A stretch of 64,000 nucleotides of DNA from Phaeosaccion multiseriatum (GCA_965112735.1 OZ218950.1:4588001-4652000), one strand, 5' to 3'. Counted from the first letter of the stretch, positions 26,854-40,470 are shown. Translations and numbers: made by a program. Notes: a model not told the origin generated them from the letters alone.

Positions 26854-27279
26854 GGCAGCAGCATGCCACCCCCCCCTGCTCGTGCGGGCAGCAAGAAGGA
26901 CACACCAACAGAACTAGGAGGAGGAGGCGGACGAGGAAGAGGAGGTGGTGGTGGTGGTGGAGGAGGAGGAGGAGGCGCCGATGTCGTTGTAGAAGAGGTG
27001 GCAGGAGGAGGCAGCAAGACATGTATCAAAGCCAAAGCCAACGGCGGCAGCACCATCACCACCACGACCTCCTCCTCCCCCTCCTCCTCCTCCTCCTCCT
27101 CCTCCTTGGCCAAACCTTTTCCGAGGTCGCGCCTCAGCATGAGCGGGCACCTCAGCAAGAGCGGAGCCCTCAAGAAGCGGGGCGGCTGTGGCGTGGCGGC
27201 GGGCAGCGGTCTCACTGTGGAGATTCCCGTCCGTCGATCAAGCGAGGACGAGGGGGGGGGGGGAGATGGGGTGGAGTAG
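16654..27279 (+). CDS. ArfGAP - uDENN/cDENN/dDENN - IQ repeats - DUF3490(NACK C-terminal)-like protein, multi-exon
   Basis: ArfGAP: CADC..CASCLSIHRALG..WI..KY. DENN: RLVDFFVVVG, LPSFVFPAG, PKALVLVSHYPFY, LLFPFVWQGAYIPVMP..APVPFLVG, FLRFFV, QMFERFLEER. IQ motifs: VKAQALRRG, IQNTYRGHRAR, LQSLARGHRSR, QAVVRGW. C-terminus: ELWDRAFTPLAHRSKFWVLFQG..KRKLSKLVWT..SADVV. Confidence 0.85.
19930..20213 (+). repeat. Intronic minisatellite (GAGA)nGCTGTGTAA
   Basis: About 14 tandem units in a DENN-gene intron. Confidence 0.9.
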
Positions 27280-27802
27280 TCGGAGGAGCCGAGGGTCGAG
27301 TCGTCGCTCTGGCTACGGCGGGTGCCGGCAAGTAGGGCGGAGAGGTGGGCGGTGCGTCAGGATCATGAGGAGTCTGATTGATTCCTCCTTGGTGACTTGA
27401 TTAGTCCGAGGTGGGGATCTAGAATCTGAGGGTGAATTCATCGACGTATGCGCAAGTCGCTGCTGAAGATGTAATAATCGAATACCCCTCTCCAAGGGCT
27501 GACTCAGCCGGTAGCACGTAGCACGTAGAAGTATCATGTACCATCACCGGCAGCAGCAGGTACGAGCAGGTAACCTCGGGTAGCCGGTCAGAACGTCAGG
27601 ACGTGACTCAACGCAAGCAACGTTCGGCCTCGGCCGACAACGTTTATTGTTCGAATGGTCGTTTGTATGGGGGAAGCAAATTTTGGCGAACCCCTCGGGG
27701 GAGTACAACAGTTGGCGACCCCCCCACATGAAAAAAAGGGTCCACGGATGTGAGAAAAGCTTTGCTTTGCCAAAAAAGGCTACCCACACAACAGCGTCAG
27801 CA

Positions 27803-27845
<43 letters not shown>

Positions 27846-28183
27846 TAGTAGCAGCATTGTGGTGTAGAAGTGCCACTGCAGTTGCAGCCGTAGCGAAGAA
27901 GAAGAAGAATAGAAAGGAAACAGATTTTGCAAAAAATTTCTGCTTCTATACACGGACCTCCTTCCGGATCTGTTTCCTCCCTTTGGAGAGCTTATGAGCC
28001 CTGCTGAGTAGTGACCACAAGTCACTCATAACCAGCGTAACACAGTCAAGCAGCCGCGGGCAAGACATGGCCGCGCATGTGTAGCAGCAGTTGAACAGAA
28101 CAGAAGGAAGGAGGCAGCACCAACGGCAGCCCCAAGTTTCCTCCTTCCCAGGTTTTTCCCTCCGCAAAGCGCAGGTAGAGGGA

Positions 28184-31100
28184 ATGAAGACGTCGGCTAG
28201 CGCTTTCGAAGGGGAATCGGGAGTGGAAGTGGAGAAACACTCTGGCAAAGGGGAGGATGAATTCGCGTTTTGGCGTGTGCGGAAGTGGTGTTTGCTATCC
28301 TTCCTTCAGTTTGATACTCCATGGGAGGAGGATGCTTACTACCTTGACATCCATGCAAGACTGCAGGTTAATGTGTGGGTTGGCCTCCTTGCCTGCCTGG
28401 TGTATGGGCTTGTTAACCTGACCATCTACCTCAACACTCGGGTGGACTACGGTGAGTCATGGAAGAATGGAATAGTGGGAACGAAACGAAGAAAAGATAG
28501 GGCTTGGGGGGTGAGAGGGGTAAGGCGCGTGTTCGGCGACCGAGAGGAAGAGATCAACAGGGAGGGGGGCGGTATTGTAAGCCTTTCCCTTCCTCGATAG
28601 CATCGCTCTCGCCAAACACCAGCAACCTTTCCTCCTCCTCACTGCCTCTCCACCAACTTCGCCTCCGTCCCCACCCGCAGAGTTCAACTCAATGGCACTG
28701 ATTGTGAGTATATACATGGCGCTCACATACGCCTGTGCTCGGGCCTTCGCGTGGAAGAACCGCGGCACACGACTCTTCTTTCTGCGGTGAGAGTCACTGA
28801 CATACCAATTCGGGCTTAGCTGAGCACTGCGCGGCATCGAGCGAATAGTATTGACTGGCCTCTTTCGCCGCCTTTGCAGCCCCAAGCCCGACACGCCGTC
28901 CTGCGGGGAAGGAGAGGGGGGTGGGGCAGCGGCTGAGGAGCACAACCGATTCTTATGTTCTGTGCTTCCTGGTCCGCACCTCTTCCATTCATTGCCCCCC
29001 TCACCTCCCTGCCGTCCCTCCTCTCACCCCGTCCTCTCCCTCCTTCTCTCCCTCCACCCCCACCTCTAACCCCCCCTCCACAGGCTGTGGGAGCCCTCTG
29101 TGGTGCTTGCCTACGTGTTCCTGATCCTGTGGAATCACTACCTCACCTGTACGGGCGATGTGTATTGCCAGCTCAACCTTGAACTGGGAGGAGCGCCCCT
29201 CATCTTCTGTCTAGGCCTTCTCTTCGGAGGCAACAGTGTCGTCGCCATGTCCATTCCCTCCCAATTCCTCTATTGGCTGGCGCTCAGGGATTTCCAAAGA
29301 GAGGCAACCGAAGTGTAAGTGTCTCTTTCTCTCTCTCTCTGTGTGTGAGCGTGAGTGTGAGTGTGTGTGTGTGCATACGGATGGGCAGGCATTCCGCGGT
29401 TGTCGATGTGGATTGTGATTTGCGCTGTTGTCACAATTCTTCTTCCTTCCCTTCGCCATCTGCTGTTTCCCTCCCTCACTCCATGCACATCACATATCCA
29501 TTGGCTTCATGCGTTACTCAGGGATTGGGCCCGGAACGGCGACACGACGGGGGCCTCGTCTTTACTCTTCACCCTCATTGCCATAGTCGCGGCGTACTCG
29601 ATTGAGAATAGGTGCGTAGTTTGACAGCACTACTTGGGTGTTTGCGTGCAGCGGGCAAGGGAAGGAAAACAGCTTGACCTTCGCCTCTTAGGCTTACGTA
29701 CTCTTTGTCTCTCCTCTCTCTCTCATTCTCCCTCTTGATTCTCTCTCTCTCCCCCCCTCTCTCCTCCGAAGCCGGAGGAAGTACTTTAAGAGCTCTCGCG
29801 CCACAGAGCAAGCAGTTTCCGACACGAGGCTATCGAACGGTGCGTATGGTGCACGGAGCAGGCTCCAAACTGACCCAGATCCCCACATCCGAGGCGGAGA
29901 GGAGGGGGGGAGGGAGGGGGGGGGGGGGGGAGCGCTACCCCTCTAAAAGACGAGATCGATGCATCATCGCCCCGCCTTTTCCTCTCCCTACTCAGCGAGT
30001 CACCCCCCCCCTCCCCCGCCTTGTCTGGGAAGTCCCTTATCAAAATTTGTCTCCATTTTTCGCGGGTGCTACACCCTTGGTCTCTCTCTCCGTCTGTCGC
30101 TCTATGTGTTTCTGACCCCTGCTACCTCCGCTGTCTGCCTCCCCTTGTCCTTGTCTCCCTGCTACCTCCGCTGTCTGCCTCCCCTTGTCCTTGTCTCCCT
30201 GCTACCTCCGCTGTCTGCCTCCCCTTGTCCTTGTCTCCCTGCTACCTCCGCTGTCTGCCTCCCCTTGTCCTTGTCTCCCTGCTACCTCCGCTGTCTGCCT
30301 CCCCTTGTCCTTGTCTCCCCCCACACACAGAGAGAGTCGCCGCCACTCTCCGCTACGCCTGCCACGAGCTCCGAAATACCTTGGTAAGTCAACAACCCCA
30401 TGTCAGTCTCTCTCAATTTGCTTAAACCATATGGTCGTAGCGGTACTCGGTACCTGGCAACTGTGGGTCGAAGGGTGGGAAAGGGTGACGCCTACCACTC
30501 CCCTCCTCACCCCTCCGACCCCCTTCTTCCTCCTCCTCCTCCTCCTCCTCCTCCTCCTCCTCCTCCTCCTCCTCCTCCTCCTCCTCCCCCTTCTCCTCCC
30601 TTGCCCCCCCCTTGCCATCACCGCAGCATTCCGTCAATGCGTCAGTGTCACAGCTCCACAGGATCATCCCCAAGACCAAGGAGGAGGCCAGCAACAGCGA
30701 CAATGAAGCGGGTGTTCGACAGCGTCTGCAGCGCCTGACACGTGTCCACTCCTCTCTTCGCGCCTTTTCTTCTGCCCCTCCTCTCGGCCCACCAACCGAC
30801 GCTGCACTCACCGCTGAGGAAGTATGGAAGGGGCTCTCTGTGCTCACTCAAATGGTGGACGTGTCGGCGGCTAAGATGGTGCGTGTGCGTGTGTGTGTGT
30901 GTGTGTGCGTGCGTTTGTGTCTCCTAGTTGAGTTCTTTTCTCTCTCTCTCTTCCTATAACACAACGGCCGAGGAGCAGCGAGGGGTGGGCAGGAACGGGG
31001 AGGGGAGCCGGAGCTACACCTTAATACGTTTCCCACCTCCCTCCCTCTTTCCTTCCTTTGGGTTTATTTCATCGATTTGTCCCTGTGTGCCCCCCCCACC

Positions 31101-31852
31101 CTCCCTGCACAGCTCTTCTTCACCCGAGACGTACTGCGAATGGAGCAAGGGGGCGTGAGGGACATGTGGTCGAGCGTGCCTACGGCAGTGCTGCGCAGCA
31201 GGACGGCAACGGTGCACACCACCAGCACCGAATGGGAGGAGGAGGGGGGGGGGGAGGAGGTGGAAGAGGGGCGCTCCGTGAAGACCAGGCTGCTGCAGTC
31301 AAGGAGGAGCGGTAATGGCCATTTGCCGCTGCAAGGTCGACCAGGAGGACCAGGGCCAACATTCAATGTGATGCCCAACAAGGGGCCCAATCAGCAAAGG
31401 CATGAGGAGCCGCCGTTGATGGACATGGACCTGAGTAGAGTGCGTGTGTGCCTGGTGGAAGAAGATCCCCTCAACCGCCTAATGGGGGAGGCCCTCCTTC
31501 GCAGCGCAGGGGTGGGCACATCCTGCGCAGCCACCACCACTTGTCCGGTCTTGCTGGGAGACGCCGTACACCTCTTGCCGCAGTTGAAGTACAGGGTAAA
31601 CCAGCACAAGGCTCAATCGCACAAGCCAGAGCAGCGGCAACAACCACAAGTCCAAGGTCAGGGTTTAAGGGAGGAGGATTTGGATTTGGATGCGCGCTTC
31701 GACATTTTGCTGATGGACGTGTATATGCAGGAGTCCAACGGGATGGACGTTTGTGCACAGCTGCGCGACAATGGGGTGCGAGTACCCATTCTCGCCATGA
31801 CTGCCGCCGACGACTTCGGCAGTGGTGTGGGTCTGGGCAATGGTGATGATGC

Positions 31853-31899
<47 letters not shown>

Positions 31900-34800
31900 C
31901 CGACGCGGAGTCCTCTATTGCAGCAGAGCAAGCTGCTAGGGCATGCGGCTTCTCGGGCTCGCTGGCCAAACCTTTCTCTGCTGACGGCTTACGGGAGGCT
32001 ATCGCGGCCGCCCTTGGTCCCGCTTGGAAGCCGTTGCCATCGGCATCGTCGCGACCACTACTGGCTGCTGCTGTACCACCAACTGCTGATGCTGCTGCCG
32101 ATGTGGTCGTCGCCTCCGTGTCTAAGGATGATTATGAGGGAGACGTGAATGCGAAGGAAGGTGGGGGGAGTGAGAAGGGCGAGGAGAAGGAGGATAGTGA
32201 GGGCGAGGGAGAGCAAGAGGTCGGGACGAACGGGGCGGATGAGAGCGAAGCAAGGGCAGCGTGGGCTTGCCTCGAGGCTCAGACATCCGAAGAAAAGAAT
32301 GATGATGCCTCTATTGGTGATGCGTTGACCGCGCGAGCAGCGGGGAGTGGCGCCCTCAAGGTGAAGGAGGGCACTGTCAAGTCTCGGATTCAGCAGATTG
32401 AGACGCAGCTCCAATGCAACAGCAGCTCATCGAGTCTTAATGATTCTTCTGGGGATGGGCTGGAGATGGCAGGGGCTGGGGAGGGGGGCAACTTGAGTCC
32501 AAAGGGCCTCGAAAAACTCTCGGCGGTGGATGACAATCAGCAACAGATAGCTCAGACGGAGGAGGAGTGGGAGGAGCAGGAAACGTACGATTGGATGCCT
32601 CAAGAGGAGGAGGGAGAGGACGACGGGGAGGAGGCAAAGGCGGGCATGGACTGTCTTTCTCCCAATGGTATGGCCAATCTTCCTCGGCTTGATAGCGGGC
32701 TTGACGGGATGCAACAGGAGGGGCTGAATCAGGTGGGGGAGGGAGCAGCAGCACCAGCAAGACCAGCTGCAGTGGACCCCCCCGTTGAGGAGGAGCCGGA
32801 CAACAGAGGACGACGACGACGAGGAGGAGGAGGAGGAGGAGGAGGAGGAGGAGGAGGGGAGAGAGCAGATAGAAGCCCGAGTGCAAGCAGCCCTCCCACT
32901 CCAGTCCCATGTCCGTCCACCCCTGGTCTCTTCTCCCCGAGCGGCGTCTCCATCGGTACGCTCGGCACCATCAATACTCTCGGCACCGCGGAAGGAGGGC
33001 CAATGGACACCTCCTCCTCCTGGGCTGTAGCATTGGAGGAGAGCATTGGCTCGGCATGGGCCACTGGAGCCGCCCTCAGATCGGCCACCGCGTCCTCCCC
33101 CAGCCCTTTTGGTGGGAGGAAGGGAGGGGGCGGGAAGGGAAACATTCTTTTCAGTGCCTTACGGGAGAGGGTTCCGACCTTGCCATCAGTGCGTGGGGCA
33201 AGGAAGCGAACGCGGACCGAAGGCAGCTCCATGGGGGAGGCCCTTGAGAATCATGCCTCGAATGCCTCTAATGCCAATGCTAATGGCAATGCTAATGGCA
33301 ATGCGGCGGTGATGCTGGTGCCAGGAGGAGGACGAGAGGGAGAGCCCACCCTTCCACCGCCACCACCATCAGTCGGGGATGCAGCCGAAGCAGCAGCAGC
33401 AGCGGCGGCGGCGGCGGCGGCGGCAAGTCACCAGAGGAAGTGGAATGACACGATCATACCTCGCGGACCAGCCACAGCAGCGTTAGCGTCAGTCGAAGGT
33501 GGAGGATCAGGAGCACTCCAATCCCAAGTGTTGGCGAGTGCAGCCGAATCACCAACGTCTTGCTGTGGTGGTCGCAATTGGGCCATGCTGGGACTCTGGC
33601 CCCTCTGGTCCAGGCGGTTACTCGGCCTCTTTTTCGAGGACTTCGAGAGAGAGAAGCGCTACCTGCGCTGGCTGCACCATGGGAGGAGGAGTCAAGGACA
33701 GGGTCAGGGTCAGGGTCAGGGTCACGCCAGAGGAAGGTCAACCTCAGAAACCTCAGACTCAGGGGGAGAGTTAGGGTCAGGGTCAGGGGTACTGCATTGG
33801 CCGCTGTGGACCGCGTTGGTACTGATGAGCGTACGCATCCTCGCCATGCCGCTTTTGGCGCAAGGACAGGAGGCCACTTACACAGAGGCGGGCTATACGC
33901 TCGCCCTCGGGGCCTACGCTTTCTACAGGTATAGAGGGTCGGGGGGAGGGAGGACGGAGAGGGGCGAGAGGGAGAAGGGGGAGGGAGGCGGGTCGTACGT
34001 TGTTGTTGTCGTTGCGGACGAGGTAGTTCAGTGTGCTTCCCTGTTGTGTTTCGTTTTTTCGTCCTTCCCTCTCATACCGTTTTGTTGCATTCGCTCCATC
34101 ATTCGTTACTCAGGACTGTGCTGTACCCGCACCCCCACGCCGCCACGTGGTTCCGCGTGGTGTGGGGCAACGCAGTGATCTTGCTGTTCATGCTCGTGAC
34201 GGTACTCAATCAAGAGCTGCTGTGCGACTACAACGTTACGCGCGACAGCCAGGTGAGATACGGGAGTGTACGGGCATACAGGAAACAGGGAATTTAATGC
34301 ACTACCGCAGTTGCCCCGATGTTTCTCATCCTTTTTGGCTCAATCAATCTCCCCTCTTCCTTTGCCCCGCCCCGCCCCCCTGCCATGCCTGCTGCCGCTC
34401 GCATCTCTGTGGCCTCTGCCCCCCCCCCCCCCCCTTCTTCCCCTCCCCTCCCCTCCCCTCCCTCCTTCTCCAATTCCCCTGCCTTTGGCCTCCAATCCCA
34501 AACCCAAATTGCACACCACCACACACACGCACACGCGCGCGGCAGTGTATGCTAGTACCCGAGGCGAGCTACTTTGTGCTCCTCACCGCTCTCTGTCTAG
34601 GCTGCCCCTCCTCCACCACCCTCCTCCTCCTCCTCCTGCGCGTCGCCTACTACAGCGACTACGGCCTAAACCAACAACCCCGTTACACCACATGGGATGC
34701 CTCCCCCCTCCCTGCGCGTCTGACTGTCGGGTCGTGGGTGCTGCTGGTCGGCATCGGAGTGGCTCTCAGCAACGCTGCCCTTGACTACGGGAGAAGGAGG

Positions 34801-35970
34801 ATGTTCGCACGCGAGGAAGAGCAGGTGGAGGCCTTGTGCAAGGCGAGCCAGGCCAATAGGGTGAGTGAGTGAGTGAGAGTCTGAGTGAGTCAGTGCGTCA
34901 GTGAATCAGTGTTGATCGAGTGAGTGAGTGAGTATGCGTGGGTGTGTGTGTGTTGCTCTACTATGCACGTTGTGCTGCACTTGAGACATCCTTGTGGGTA
35001 CTGCTACCATGTGTACAATGGATGTGTAAGTTATGTACTGTTACGTGTGGACTTAACCTGCGCCGTGCCCCAATTCCTGCCTCCCTCGTGTGGAACCTAA
35101 TCATACTTTCCTCTCCTCCTCTCCCTCTCTCTCTTTCTCTCTCTCTGGGTGCGTGTGTGTGCGCGCGTGCCTGCGTCATGATAACGTGATACACACGGAA
35201 CAAAACAAAACAGGAGCTGCGCTGTGCCCTGAAGTACGTTCTCAGTTCGGTGCGCAACCCTCTTCACGGCATGGCCAACGCGCTGGACCTGCTGCCCAGG
35301 GAGAGAGAGGGCAGATGGGACCCCACGGCAACAGAAACAGCATCAACAGCACCAGTTGGTCATACCACAGGGGACAAGATGGGCGAGCAGCAGCTGGCAC
35401 TCGAGCGAGAAGAGCCCCCCCTGGAGAGGGCCCTCCGAAGGGCGGACAGGGAGGGCACTGCCGAGGAGGGAGGGGCCGCGAGGGAGGTGGTACTGTGGAC
35501 CGACAAGCTGCACGGGAGCCTGGACCAGCTGGTGCGTGTGTGTGTGTGTGTGTGGTGCGATGTTGTTTGGTTGGTCTGGTTGGGTGGTTGGCTGTATCCT
35601 TCTTGTCTGTCCTTGGGTGCCCTTTGGGGGGTTATGTTTTTTCGGAGCTGGGGCTGCTGCTGCTTGGGAAGAGAGACGAAAATGCGCTCCTCCTCCATTG
35701 ACGTTAACCCCGGACCTGCTGTTGCCTCCGCTCCTGTCTTATCTATCTACGCCATCTCTCTCTGTGCGTTGCCACAGATGAAGCTGTCTGAGGACTTGAC
35801 GCAAGCGCACGCTTTGTCTGTGGGAGAAGGAAAGGTGCGTCGCTAGATAGATACGTATTCCTTCTTACGATATTTAGAGGTGTCCATCACACGACCCGTC
35901 GCTCCTGCTTTCGCTTTATTCCATGAACCTCTGTATGTCCCTCCTTCCCTCTCTCCCTTCCCCCCTTCCT

Positions 35971-36021
<51 letters not shown>

Positions 36022-37270
36022 CTCTATTTCGCTCTCTCTCCCTCCCCTCGGTGGGGTGCTACCCTCTCACGCCTCCCTCCCTGTCGCCTCCGTGGACGAT
36101 TGCTCGATAATAGGTGCACCCGACGCTGGTGCACGTGCATGCGCTCTTCTACAAGTCGTGCGGCCAGTTCAGCGGTATGACGAACCTCAGCACCAACGCC
36201 GAGGGAGGAGGGATCGACTTCTCGTGCGATGTTCACAGCAATGTGCCCGTGAGAGGCATGCTCGATGGCCACCGGGTCATGCAGGTGAGGGAGGGAAGGG
36301 CAGGGAGGCAAGGTGTGTGGTGCGATTCAATGATGAACATGAATGAGAACGGGAGAGGAGAGGGAAGTGTTACGAGCGTGCAGCATACGAGTGAGTCTGT
36401 CTTCTCTCTCTTTGCCCTTTCTCATATCCACCTCCTCCTCCTCCTCCTCTTCCTCCTCCTGCTCTGTCTCCGTCTCCTCTCCCGCTTTTGCCGTGAGCAG
36501 GTGGTGAGCAACGGCTGGACCAACGCAGTCTCTGCCGTTGCTTTGCGACCAGCACGGCAGCAGCAACACAGGCGTTCGATTCGCATGCTTGTGGACATGC
36601 CCAACCTTTGGGAGAAGCAGGAGGTACCTACCTGCTTCAGGGATATGTTTCCTGGAGCGGAGGAGGTGGGCAGCATCCGTGTTCGGATCATTGACAACGG
36701 ACCAGGCCTACCAAAGGACGTTAGCCAGGTATGTATGTATGTACACGTGTGTACACGCATGTACACGCATGTACACACGTATGCAGCACGTACCACGTAA
36801 AAGTAGCTCCTCTCTCATCTCCTCCCCTCCCCCTCCTCTCCTCTCATCTTCCCTCCTCTCTCCTCTCCCCTCTTCCTTCTCTCCTGTGCAGACCAACCTC
36901 CAGCCCTGGAACACCCCTTACACGGATAACAGTGGTGGAGCGCTCCCGTCCTCCTCCTCCCCTTGGTCCTCCCACACTGGCCCCGGCCACGGCTCCGTCT
37001 CGACCCTTTCCGCCCAGTCGCAACACTCGAGGATCAGCCCGGCTGTGCCCGGCTTACCGGCATCCACCCCTCCCAGCAGCGTGGGCCTGTCCATCACGTC
37101 CACCCTCACCTCTCTCATGGGAGGCTCCCTCACGCTCACCAACCGCACGGACGGGCAGACGGGTAAGTTTGGGGTGTGGCTCCAGTTTCAAGTCCACGAA
37201 TATCGAGAACCGATGTCGATGGGTGGGGTGGGGCTCTTGAGTGGATTGCACGGCTCGGGTGTGGGTGTAT

Positions 37271-37321
<51 letters not shown>

Positions 37322-37482
37322 GCTCTCGATCTCACACCTACCCCTACCTCACCCCCCCCTTGTGTCTCGGACCACCTTCCGTGCTTTCAGGTACCGTCTT
37401 CACCCTCCTGCTGCCAATGGGGCTTCATCGAAGTGGGCTCTCTTCCGCCTCATATATCAAGGATGTGGCCCCCATGACATAG
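28184..37482 (+). CDS. Membrane hybrid sensor histidine kinase: TM block - HisKA - receiver - TM block - pseudo-HisKA - HATPase (multi-exon)
   Basis: HisKA LRYACHELRNTL (His codon 30363-30365). Receiver VCLVEEDPLN..DILLMDVYM..PILAMTA..LAKPF. Second H-box-like LKYVLSSVRNPLHGM. HATPase RVMQ|VVSNGWTNAV, IIDNGPGL, VGLSITSTLTSLMGGSLTL, GTVFTLLLP. Confidence 0.8.
30117..30316 (+). repeat. 40-bp perfect tandem repeat x5 (intronic)
   Basis: CCCTGCTACCTCCGCTGTCTGCCTCCCCTTGTCCTTGTCT x5, just before the HisKA exon acceptor. Confidence 0.95.
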
Positions 37483-38293
37483 TGTATAGTGTGGCGGGCG
37501 GGAGGTGGGACAGGGCGCACAGGCGCTGCTCGGGGGAAGGAGAGTCTGCACAGCATGCATCTCTTTGGAGCGCGACAAAGGCTTGTATGTTATCAAAGGC
37601 TGAGAGTGTAGTATATATGCAGGGATTAATAATAGATTGAATCCTACTTAGGAATGTTTCACGAGCGTCGGTTTCGCTCCTTCCTATTCCACAGCTGCTG
37701 CTGCTGCTCCTCTACTTCTCCGGTAATGGCTGGCAGCGCGAACGAGAAGAGGCGGGGGCGTCGTAGACAGCCAGGTCACACGCAGCTCCGCCACCGTCAA
37801 CTGTTAGGAAACTCTCTGATCTATAGTCCTCCATCTCAGTCGCTACTACTTCATCTGTCCTCAACCTTTCGTGCTGTTGCTGCGGCTCGTCAGGGGGCCA
37901 GCACCCGCAGGGGGGGGGGGGCTCAGGGGGGAGAAAGCAACGAGCATACTATGCTTGATGCTGCTGGAATGGAGAGCTTGCCCATACCCCCCTCGTACAT
38001 ATCCTCCTGAACGCTAACAATGCCTCCCCGCGATGGGCCCTGTCCCCTAAGTACCGGTCCCCTCCTACCTCGGAAAGGAAAGGCAGTCGGCATTCCAATT
38101 TCATGTCTTCTCCAAGGAAAGGCAAAGACAGAGACGGCCCGGCCCACAAGAGGCTGGTCGTTTGTAGCAAACAAGCCCTCTTCTCCTCCTGCTGCTACTG
38201 GTGGTACGATTGCTCCGGCGTGAGGTGTCTGTCCCGGTTCATGCGTACGGGCCACCCCTTTTCAGCACTTTACGTAGCCACTCGCTCCAAAGC

Positions 38294-38569
38294 CTATCCC
38301 CCGCTGATTGGAGGAATGAAGGCAATAGTGTCCCCCTCCTTCAGGTCCACCTCCTCCCCTTCCCCCACGTAGTCTTCATTCACAGCGAGCGTGATGGTGC
38401 TGGCAATCTCCTTCAGTGCTGGAAGGGCCCTCACCACCTCCCTCCGAAGCACAGAGCTGGAGCTCACGGAGCCGTCGCCGCCCTCGGTGGGCGGAAGGTC
38501 AAGCACCAGCTCCTTGGTGCCAGACAGCTCCCGTGCCGATGCGAAGAAGAGCAATGTCACCTTCACCAT
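38294..38569 (-). CDS. MOCS2A: Molybdopterin synthase sulfur-carrier subunit (MoaD/ThiS family), intronless, 91 aa
   Basis: MVKVTLLFFASARELSG..LAVNEDYV..LKEGDTIAFIPPISGG*, with the C-terminal GG. Confidence 0.93.
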   Translation of the reverse strand: MVKVTLLFFASARELSGTKELVLDLPPTEGGDGSVSSSSVLRREVVRALPALKEIASTITLAVNEDYVGEGEEVDLKEGDTIAFIPPISGG

Positions 38570-38875
38570 CCCTGTTGTTTTTGTGAATACACGTCGTCCA
38601 GATGATCCTCCTGCGAGTGTTGGTTCCTCATCGCCATATGTGACGAGCCACGCTTGGTGGGAAGTCCTCGCTCGACTCGCTCGCTCCTGCCAAGAACCCC
38701 GCATGTGGTTAGCATGAGCAGCCTACTCGATTGAAGATCACCAGGTGTAGAGTTATGTGTGTAGCTTTTCAGCAGTGCATGTTAGTGAGCTGTAGGAGAG
38801 GATGAGAGAAGAACAAACTTTTCTAGGTGTCCCCCTCGTTGAGGGAAGAAGATTAGAGAAGGTGAAGGCCGGAGA

Positions 38876-40423
38876 ATGAGCGGTGGCAGCGCTATTGACG
38901 GTGGTAAGAGGAAGAAGCTGCAGCAGCAGCAACAGCATCACAAGGAGGAGGTGAAGAAGGAGGAGGAGCCGCAGCAAGAGGAGGGCCTGAAGGGGATAAA
39001 GGATGGAGCCTGCTCTCCCTCACACGACGCTGAGCCGTGCGAGCCTAACCCTCTACAGCACCTGTGCTCGGATATCGAACCTTTACTCGTGTCTGTACAG
39101 CCTCCCTCCTCTGTCGGTCACCAGAGCAGCAGCAGCGGCAGCAACAGTAGCAGCAGCAGCAGCAGCATCAGCAGGGGAAGCATCAGCGGCGTCTTCGGAC
39201 GTCTGTGTGGACACGTTCCTCGGGAAGACAGAGGGCGGGTGCCCTTTCTATCTGGAATTCTTGCTATCATTATCGGAGGCTATTGGCTTCTCCGCTCGCT
39301 CAAAGACCCAATTTTTGCTACCATCGTGGGTAAGGCTTGGTCCTCCTCTCTGTTCCTGCCCTCTCTGCCCTTCTTCCCCTCTGTCTCTCTATCTGTCGCT
39401 GTCTCTGTCCTTCTCTCTCTATCTCTCTCTCTCTCTCTCTATCTCTCTCTATCTATCTATCTATCTATCTATCTCTCTCTGCTCTCTCTCTCTCCCTCTG
39501 CTCTCTCTCACTGCCGCCCCCCCCCCCTCTCCCGCTCCGTCTCACTCTAAACGCATGCTGGGTGCCTTGCAATGCCTAACCTTCAGGTGTGGAGTACATT
39601 CCTATGGGTAAAATAATTTCCCTGGGGGTGGTGTTCATCCTCGTCATCCTGTACAACTCTGTAATCGACCTCTTTCCCATCCACCACCATCTCTTCTACC
39701 TCATCGGTGGCTTCTACTTTTGCGTCTTCCTCACCATCGCCGTGCTGCTCGAGCACCCGACAATGGGTATCGCCAATACCCACTCCTCTCCTTCCCGGCT
39801 GCTGGGGTGGGTCTCATCCTGTGCGATTGATAGCCTGGGCTCTTTGCTCGTGTCTCTCTTTTGGGCCTTCGTCAACAACTCAATGTCGCTGGGCTCGGCC
39901 AAAGCCTCTTTCGGGCTCATCATTGCAGGCGCTCAGGTCGGCTCCATCATAGGGCCGGTAAGCTTCAACTTTAAATTGAAAACTGAAGGGAAGGGGGGGG
40001 GGGCGTTGGGGACAGGGGCAGCGCGAGAGGGGCTAGAAGGTCAGCCCGCCTGCCCGAGGATGGCTGAGGAGGAGGCGGAGGGGCGCAGAGGAGGAATACT
40101 CGGTTCTTCCTGTTTGAAAGCGACGGTTTGCTTCACTTTGACTGTGCTCAGATACGTTCCCCGCACCTCTGCTTGCTCCTTGCTCCTCCCTCCTCCTTGC
40201 CCGTGCCCATGTCCACCCCTTTGCTCCCATCACACCCACAGACTCTCGCAACGCAAGCACCTCGACTCGGTATCCCTCTGCTGTACGGGATGGGGGCCTT
40301 CAGCATGGTCCTCATGTGCGTAGCCATCTGTGCCTACGATTGCATCTTCGGGGGGGGGAGGAAGCGGGCCCTGACAGCAGCAGCAGCAGCAGCAGCAGCA
40401 GGAACAGCATCACCACCATCTGT

Positions 40424-40470
<47 letters not shown>

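Noticed and set aside
27541-27970. Possible MITE between the DENN and histidine kinase genes (TCCACGGA motif, A-tracts)
   Set aside because: No TIR pair or TSD found; it may simply be promoter DNA.
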